Origin: a virus
DNA: 26,153 nucleotides
UHGV virus genome: UHGV-1407733
Strand: one strand, 5' to 3'
This document shows, one piece after another, positions 19,731-26,153 of the stretch. The notes under the pieces were generated by a model, which saw only the letters and a list, made by a program, of their open reading frames with translations, made no database searches and was not told the origin of the DNA. The position numbers and the translations under genes are program-made. Positions within the stretch are counted from its first letter, which is position 1; each line of letters begins with the position of its first letter.

Positions 19731-20185
19731 TGATTACATTCAAACCAACGCGAAACATCGACCTGATAGAAGCCGTAGGAAATCACCCTGACATTATCGC
19801 CGGGAGCAACAACGGTGATGGATACGACTACAAACCTGAATGCCGTTACTTTGAGGTTAACGTGCACGGTCAGTTCGGCGGCATTGTTTACTATCAGGAG
19901 ATTCAGCCGCTGACATTCGATTGCCACGCCATGTACCTGCCAGAGGTTCGTGGATTCAGCAAGGAAATCGGGCTGGCGTTCTGGCGATACATTCTGACTA
20001 ACACCACCGTTCAGTGCGTCACATCGTTCGCTGCACGCAAATTCCGCCACGGGCAGATGTACTGCGCAATTATTGGCCTTAAGCGTGTAGGAACCATCAA
20101 GAAATACTTCAAAGGCGTGGATGACGTGACTTTTTACAGCGCCACACGCGAAGAACTAATCGACTTCCTGAATCACGGGAGATAG
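19730..20185 (+). CDS. P22 gene 14-position protein (ejection-protein assembly factor candidate)
   Basis: 151-aa intact ORF between the needle gene and the first ejection protein gene; assignment by synteny only. Confidence 0.45.
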   Translation: MITFKPTRNIDLIEAVGNHPDIIAGSNNGDGYDYKPECRYFEVNVHGQFGGIVYYQEIQPLTFDCHAMYLPEVRGFSKEIGLAFWRYILTNTTVQCVTSFAARKFRHGQMYCAIIGLKRVGTIKKYFKGVDDVTFYSATREELIDFLNHGR

Positions 20186-20187
20186 CC

Positions 20188-20876
20188 ATGTTATATGCAT
20201 TTAAGCTGGGCAGAAAACTGCGCGGCGAGGAACCTTATTGCCCTGAAAAAGGCGGGAAAGGTGGCTCTGATAAAAGTGCAAGTATGCCGCAGAAGCTCAG
20301 AAGTATGCCGCAGACCTGCAAAATCAGCAGTTCAATACCATCATGAACAACCTGAAGCCGTTTACTCCTCTGGCTGGGAAGCATGTCGGCAGCCTTGAGA
20401 ACTTATCGTCTCTGGAAGGGCAAGGTCAGGCACTTAACCAGTATTACAACTCTCAGCAGTACAAAGATCTTGCTGGTCAGGCTCGCTATCAGAGTCTGGC
20501 GGCAGCGGAAGCAACAGGTGGATTGGGTTCCACCGCAACCAGTAATCAGTTAGCAACAATCGCACCAACGCTTGGTCAGCAATGGCTGTCTGGACAAATG
20601 AACAATTACAACAACCTGGCAAATATCGGTCTTGGCGCTCTTCAGGGGCAGGCAAACGCCGGGCAGACATATGCCAACAACATGAGCCAGATTTCACAGC
20701 AAAGCGCTGCTCTTGCAGCGGCAAACGCCAACCGACCGTCAGCATTGCGGCAGGGTGTTAGTGGTGCTGCATCCGGTGCGCTTTTGGGTGGTGGCATAGC
20801 CAGTGCTCTCGAGCTATCAACTCCGTGGGGTGCTGGTATCGGTGCTGGTCTTGGTCTGCTTGGCTCGTTGTTTTAA
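20188..20876 (+). CDS. Ejection (injection) protein, P22 gp7-like; frame interrupted once
   Basis: About 229 codons; N-terminus MLYAFKLGRKLRGEEP..., then after a shift near 20280 KYAAEAQKYAADLQNQQFNTIMNNLKPF... with a Gly/Ala/Gln-rich C-terminus. Confidence 0.65.
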
Positions 20877-20886
20877 GGGGTAATCA

Positions 20887-22228
20887 ATGGCTACGTGGCA
20901 ACAGGGTATTAATTCTGGTGGTTTTCTGGCTGGCATCGGTACGCAAAATGAGAATGCGCCAAAGGCAAGCGACATTAACGCAACGCTTGGTCTGATCCGC
21001 GAAAACAATGAACTGGCTCGCTCAGGTGCAAATAACGTTGGTCTGACCGCGTTACGTGGTCTGGCTGGAGTTGCTGATATTTATAAGCAGCAGCAACAGC
21101 AGGAACGTAAAGCGGCATTCCAGAAAGGTTATGCGGATGCTTATGCGTCCGGCGACAGGGAGCAGATGCGTAATCTTATTACAGCATTCCCCGAAGAGTT
21201 TGAGGAAGTCCGTAAAGGCATGGGGTATGTCGATGACGCCCAGCGGGATGATTTTGGCAATCTGGCGCTTAAGGCTCAGGTCGCTTCGTCGCTTGGTCCG
21301 GGTGCATTTGGCAGGTTCATGATGGATAACGAAAAGGAGATGCGTCGTTTAGGTATCCCTCCAGAAACTATTGCGGAAAATGCAGGTTAACGACCCGCAG
21401 CTTCCAGCACTTCACAGGTAATCTGGCACTATTTTCTCTCGGTCATGAGAAGTATTTCGATATCAAAGATCGAATGGAGGGGCGTCGACTTGAGCAAGGG
21501 CGATTGGATGAAAGCATCCGTCAGGCTGACATGGAGAATGCGAGAGGATGGGCAAATATCCAAAACGCTCAACTAGACAGGCTCAGCGGGCACAAATGCA
21601 CTCAGATGAGATGGGATTGAAGCTAATGGAGCTGGGGCAAAAAGGTAAGCCGTCAGCAGACTTAATTAAGGGATTAAATTCTGATATTACCAATTTTGGC
21701 AAAAATTATAACTCTGTCAGAGCGGCGGCAAACTCTCTGCAAGCCCTTAGCAAGGTAAATACTGGCGCTGCCCAACTTGGGATTATCTTTAATTACATGA
21801 AGTCTCTCGACCCTCAGTCAGTTGTTCGCGAAGGTGAACAGGTTCAGGTCATGCGCTCTGATGGCATATGGGGGCAGATAAAAGGATATGTAGACCAGCT
21901 TAATGCAGGGAATGGCTTGTCACAGGAAGCGAGGGATAACATTGTTAACGCAGCCAAAATTAACGCCAACGCTATGGGGCAGCAGTTTAACCAGCAGGTA
22001 GACGAATATCTGGATACGTATGGAGATACTATTCCTCAAGGGCTGAAAAAAAGCTTAGGGAGAAGGAAGGCCAAGCTATTTGACGATGTCCCAGCGCAGC
22101 CTACACCACAAGGTGGTAATGGGCAGACAAAAGCTGCGCCAAGTGGGATATCAGAAGGCGCGACGGCAACGAACCCTAAAACTGGTCAGAAACTCATTTA
22201 TAGGAACGGACAATGGCAACCGATGTAG
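20887..22228 (+). CDS. Ejection protein, P22 gp20-like; frame interrupted twice
   Basis: ORF 20887..21390, a middle segment in another frame, and ORF 21548..22228 form one protein of about 447 codons. Shifts near 21385 and 21590. Confidence 0.65.
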
Positions 22229-24333
22229 GTTTACCCGAAGGATTTGTTCTCGATAATCAGCCTGATAACTCACAGCTTCCTGATGGTTTTGTGCTTGATT
22301 CCCAACCAGAGCAGCAGCAATCACCTTTGGTTTCACCAGAGGAAAACTCCAGACAGGAAAATGTTGTTAATAATGCTAACGGCTTCGACCGTTTTATGTA
22401 TGGCGTTCTCAGTGGATTGATGGATGTTGGTAAAGGTGTTGGTCTATTTCAGGATATGACACCAGAAGAGCAAGCCGCAATTCAGTCTCTACAGCAGAAG
22501 TTAGCGGCAAAACCATCAACCGCACAAGATGTTGGTGAGTTCGTTGGACAAGCAGCACCATTTGTTAGTGGTGGTGGGATTATTTCTCAGGTTCCGAAAG
22601 GGGCGGCAAGGCTGGCTGCCGCCGCAGGGCTTGGTGCTGGAGAAGGGGCTATTGTAGCCAATGGAACAAATAGCGATGTTGCTTCTGGAGCTGCTATTGG
22701 CGCTGTGGCTGGCCCTGTAGCAGAGATTGTTGGTCCAGCGCTTGGGAAGATTGCAGGAAAAATTAAAAATAGTGCCGGAGATATTTATCGCTCATCCGTA
22801 GGGATGGGTAGTAAATCATCTAAAGCAACGTTAAAGAAAGCTGCTGGCGCAATGGACAATAAATTTATCGGCGGGCAACGAGCTATTCAAGATTTCGCCG
22901 ATGAAGTTAATCCTGATTTTAACGCGATAAATGCTATTCGTGAGCTAGAACTGGAAAATTATGCCACTCCAGGCATGATCTCTAATAATCCTGCTGTCAG
23001 GGCTCTTGATAATGCAGTGGCAAGTCTCCCTGGCACAGAGATTAGTGAGGCGCATAAGCGTTTTATTACTGAATTAGGAAGAAAAGCTGATGAAATGATA
23101 ACTTCATTTGGGGGAAGCCTTGATAAGCAACTGGTTTCTGACAGGCTTGCAGATAATTTTGATAAAACCATTTCATCATTACAAAATCAGTCAGATAACA
23201 TCTACAACAAAATTGCCGAAAAGGTTCCTGTAAGAGACCGGATTGAGCAACTAATACATTGAATTTTTTAGAGGATTTTGCTGATGATATAGGTGGAATT
23301 GATGAATTATCTCCAATAATGAAGCGGACATTGAACCGACTTGATCCAAACACCTTGCCAACGTATGGGCGTTTAGATCTCGCTAGAAAGCAGGTTGGAC
23401 AAGCTATTGGCAAAGGCTCTGGTCCATTCAAGGATGAAGAAACAGGTGTTCTTAAAAAGTTATATGCAGCCATAACAGATGACCAACAGGCTGTCGCAGA
23501 AAAATATGGCGCAGGGGAATTATGGACGCTTGGTAAGGAGTTGGTAAAAAAACGAAAATCCATTGAAGATGATGCCGTAACCGTTTTGGGTAGAAAACTT
23601 CAGCAATCAGCAATTCCAAAAGTTGAAAGTGCCGTTGTTAATATGGCAAAAGGAAACGGTGGTGACTTTAGGCAATTAATGAAGTCAATTCCAAAGGATA
23701 TGCGGCAGGAAGTTGCGCTCACCTCAATGAATAAAGCATTTACCAGCTATGCTAAATCACCAGGTCAGCAATTAGGGTTGATGGATTTGTAAAATGGTAT
23801 AACGGAATGTCACGCAATGGGGCCAATATGAAGGCTCTCCGTGATGCTATTGGCACAGATGCATCAAAGCGCCTTGATACGATTTATCAAGCAGCCAAGG
23901 CTATGAATAGACTCAATGCTGGTAAGCAGTATGCTAGCAGCCTTGTGGATCAGCAAGTTAATAACTTTCTGAAGGAAAAGGGTAGTCTAGCAAAAATTTA
24001 TGGAATAGCCTCAAAAGCTGCTGCGGCGGAAGGTGTTACAAGCTTATCTGGTCTTCCTGGTGTAGGTGCAACAGGGTGATAACGTCCGCATTGATGTCAG
24101 GGAAAACAAGCAGGATAAAGGCTGCCGATGCTCTACTGTCTTCTCCTGAGTTTAAATCAATGCTATTTCGCCTGCAAAACGCACCAGTAGACAGAGCAGA
24201 AGTGAGACGCGCAATAGAAAGGAAACTGATGCAATCTGGGGCATTTAAGAGATGGGAGAAAACCCTATCAACAGATGAAGCAAAAACCATTGCCCGCACG
24301 GGGATTATTACATGGCTCGCTAGTGACAGTTAG
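22213..24333 (+). CDS. Ejection protein, P22 gp16-like; frame interrupted about three times
   Basis: Four consecutive ORFs (22213..23262, 23259..23792, 23807..24079, 24076..24333) in rotating frames. N-terminus carries the tandem peptide repeat PEGFVLDNQPD / PDGFVLDSQPE. Last gene before the leftward accessory cassette, as gene 16 is in P22. Confidence 0.65.
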
Positions 24334-24556
24334 TCAACTTTGGTTATTTTGCCTTCTTTTTCTTGATGAACTTTGCATCCATCATCTTTTGATAGCCAAA
24401 CTAAAAACTTTAAAACCTTAAACACAAGTACGGATACTGTAATGAAAGCACCAATTGCAATTATTGCTATTGAAATTATTTGCATTGGTGCTTTTAATGC
24501 TGGGAAAACAGTGTAATGAGCGAAAAAACAGCAATTATGATGAGCCATTGCTTCAT
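24330..24556 (-). CDS. Small membrane protein; start and frame uncertain
   Basis: Track ORF 24330..24548 has one predicted TM helix (IISIAIIAIGAFITVSVLVF). A stronger start (ATG 24554-24556, RBS GGAGGA 4 nt upstream) opens a hydrophobic peptide MKQWLIIIAVFSLITL in another frame across an A6/T6 run (24523-24528). Confidence 0.4.
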
Positions 24557-24584
24557 GTTGTCCTCCCAGGTTTTATTGGTAAGA

Positions 24585-25145
24585 TCACTGCTTTATTTTG
24601 GTATCATGGGTTTCACTAGCGGCTTCCTTCGCAGTCGGCTCAGAAACCTTGAAGTAAGATTGAATCTGCGGAAGCGTTATGATTACCGCAAGCATAGCGA
24701 GAACCGCACCAACGAGCCATTGGGTCGCGGTCATGGATGTTTTAATGCCATCAATTTGGCCTTTGAGCCCTGCAACTTCGCCATTGCTAGCGAATATCTG
24801 TCCCTTAATTTCATTAAGCGACTGATTCATAGCTGTAAATTGCTTAGATTGGAATTCTCTGAAAGCTGAAATTTCAGCGCGCATGTTAGCAGATATTAAC
24901 TCAATTTCTGCTTTGTTTTGACCAAGCTTCGCGTCAATCTCTTCTCTTGATGGGCTGCCCATAGCATGCTCCTCAGTGTATTGTTTTCCAAGATAAGCGA
25001 TATTATTGTTTTTGGTTATATCATTCTTGGTAACTGGAGGCGAAGCATTGGACTTTTCTCCGAAGCCACCTGTCGACCCCATACGACCAAGTGTTCTCTT
25101 TTTCTCCGCTGCATGATCAGCATTTACGGCAGGAAAAGTAATCAT
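24585..25145 (-). CDS. Tail-anchored coiled-coil membrane protein (superinfection-exclusion candidate)
   Basis: Central coiled coil (AEIELISANMRAEISAFREFQSKQFTAMNQSLNEIKGQI) followed by a single C-terminal TM helix (WLVGAVLAMLAVIITL). An internal ATG near 24962 with RBS GAGGAG is an alternative start giving about 126 aa. Confidence 0.55.
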   Translation of the reverse strand: MITFPAVNADHAAEKKRTLGRMGSTGGFGEKSNASPPVTKNDITKNNNIAYLGKQYTEEHAMGSPSREEIDAKLGQNKAEIELISANMRAEISAFREFQSKQFTAMNQSLNEIKGQIFASNGEVAGLKGQIDGIKTSMTATQWLVGAVLAMLAVIITLPQIQSYFKVSEPTAKEAASETHDTKIKQ

Positions 25146-25152
25146 GGCTCTG

Positions 25153-25431
25153 TCAGCTTAATTTTTTTGATTCTTCGTGTTGAGAAACTATATACTTAGC
25201 CAGTTCAAGAAGTTGATTTTCACTCATGCGAATATTGGCAATTTGGTATCTAACTGGCTGAATCTCCTCATTATTAACCCAGTCTGAAACATGCTTAAAA
25301 AATGCTATTGAACCAAATCTTGCTCCGACATCCCCAAAAGACGAGTAAGCAAATCCATCAGCATACTCATTTACAGCATCACTTGAGTCCTTGAAGATGG
25401 TTTCTTTGAAGTTCACTTTGGTATCTGTCAT
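25153..25431 (-). CDS. Hypothetical protein (92 aa)
   Basis: ORF starting 3 nt after the mnt-like stop with AAGGA RBS (translationally coupled); no TM helix, no recognisable motif. Confidence 0.55.
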   Translation of the reverse strand: MTDTKVNFKETIFKDSSDAVNEYADGFAYSSFGDVGARFGSIAFFKHVSDWVNNEEIQPVRYQIANIRMSENQLLELAKYIVSQHEESKKLS

Positions 25432-25433
25432 AT

Positions 25434-25683
25434 TTATTTATCCTTACCATACATGGTCTTTAGCGTCTCAACATCGCGTTCAAGATCTATCAATCGTGAT
25501 GCTATAGTTGCAAGGTCTAGTGCTTGAATGTGTTTATTTTTTTCGGTCCACGCTTCAAGTGCCGGCGACCATCTCAGCATTTAATGAACGAGAATTAGCC
25601 TCAGCCAGTTCAATAAGACGTTCCTTTATCTCTACAGGAAGCCTCAGATTCACTTGAGGGTTTTTGTACTTACGATCAGACAT
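25434..25683 (-). CDS. mnt: Mnt-like ribbon-helix-helix repressor; frame interrupted once
   Basis: N-terminus NPQVNLRLPVEIKERLIELAEANSRSLNAEMV fits the Arc/Mnt RHH pattern. The C-terminal coiled-coil part (LEAWTEKNKHIQALD...TLKTMYGKDK) is in the adjacent frame, with a shift near 25560. Confidence 0.65.
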
Positions 25684-25788
25684 CGGCGCATCCTGAATAA
25701 TTTTTTACCACAGGATATGTAGGTATCTATTGACTATCAATGCGTACCTAAATACTATGTATGCGTACCACATACAACGGAGGATGCA
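25684..25788. promoter_or_regulatory. Divergent Pmnt / Pant promoter-operator region
   Basis: Rightward -35 TTGACT (25730-25735), 17-nt spacer, -10 TACTAT (25753-25758), then RBS GGAGGA before arc. Inverted repeat TAGGTA...TACCTA and direct repeat GCGTACC flank the promoter elements. Confidence 0.6.
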
Positions 25789-25929
25789 ATGAAGGTAAAA
25801 ACACTGCGTATGCCAGAGAAGCTAGAAAAAATTCTTGAAGAAAAAGCAAAGGAAGAGTGTCGCTCATTCAGCGCAGAAGTAATTAAACGGGTGCTGGACA
25901 GCCTGAGGAGAGAGGGGATAACGGTGTGA
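25789..25929 (+). CDS. arc: Arc-like ribbon-helix-helix repressor
   Basis: 46-aa ORF MKVKTLRMPEKLEKILEEKAKEECRSFSAEVIKRVLDSL matching the Arc/MetJ RHH pattern; below track cut-off. Confidence 0.7.
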   Translation: MKVKTLRMPEKLEKILEEKAKEECRSFSAEVIKRVLDSLRREGITV

Positions 25930-25944
25930 TTCGCTTGGATGCGG

Positions 25945-26027
25945 CAAAGAAATCAAAACAGTGAAGCCCCAACTGCGGGAACAGTCAGGGCTTCGGTATC
26001 GTAAAACCACGCATAGGAATTAACGAC
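25945..26027 (-). ncRNA. Sar-like antisense RNA region (arc-ant intercistronic)
   Basis: Reverse-strand hairpin GAAGCCC-N18-GGGCTTC followed by a U-rich tract (TGTTTTGATTTCTTT), antisense to the ant ribosome-binding region. In P22 the sar antisense RNA occupies this position. Confidence 0.35.
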
Positions 26028-26153
26028 ATGAAAAGTATAGCAACAGCAGTATCTACTATCAATGTACCATTCCACGGCGCAGAGCTTTATGTTGTCAATC
26101 ACAACGGCGAACCGTATACCCCAATGAAACCTATCGTTGAGGAATGGGGCTAG
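26028..26153 (+). CDS. ant: Antirepressor Ant, N-terminal fragment (runs off the window; frame interrupted near 26140)
   Basis: MKSIATAVSTINVPFHGAELYVVNHNGEPYTPMKPIVE resembles the Ant N-terminal domain. The in-frame TAG at 26151-26153 looks like a frame-change artefact, since the adjacent frame reads ...VEGMGL. Confidence 0.55.
   Translation: MKSIATAVSTINVPFHGAELYVVNHNGEPYTPMKPIVEEWG

Noticed and set aside
1-26153. CRISPR array, integrase/attachment site, or insertion sequence.
   Set aside because: No spaced direct repeats, no recombinase or transposase ORF and no terminal inverted repeats in the window; the integration module presumably lies outside it.

Overview
This 26.2-kb window is a near-complete early-to-late segment of a lambdoid temperate phage or prophage of Enterobacteriaceae, with mosaic ancestry. 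Left to right: the N leader with nutL, pL/OL, a leftward CI-type repressor, OR/pR, cro, nutR, cII, an O-type initiator carrying the iteron origin, a DnaB-family helicase, a nin-type region (ninB, Dam-like methyltransferase, NinE/NinF-like, DUF1364, rusA, ninH), an 82/P22-type Q antiterminator with pR' and a short-transcript terminator, a lambda-type lysis cassette (S, R, Rz/Rz1), a KilA-N moron, then P22-type packaging, head, head-completion and ejection genes, a leftward accessory cassette, and an immI-like mnt/arc/ant module cut by the window end. The most striking property is that roughly 30 reading frames are broken by small frame changes while the flanking frames still encode conserved protein, so most genes are given as whole-gene spans with the break noted. 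The best candidate for something undescribed is the three-ORF leftward cassette at 24330-25431, at the position P22 uses for superinfection exclusion. All identifications rest on motifs and recalled family sequences read by eye; no database search or folding was run, and regulatory coordinates are approximate to a few bases.
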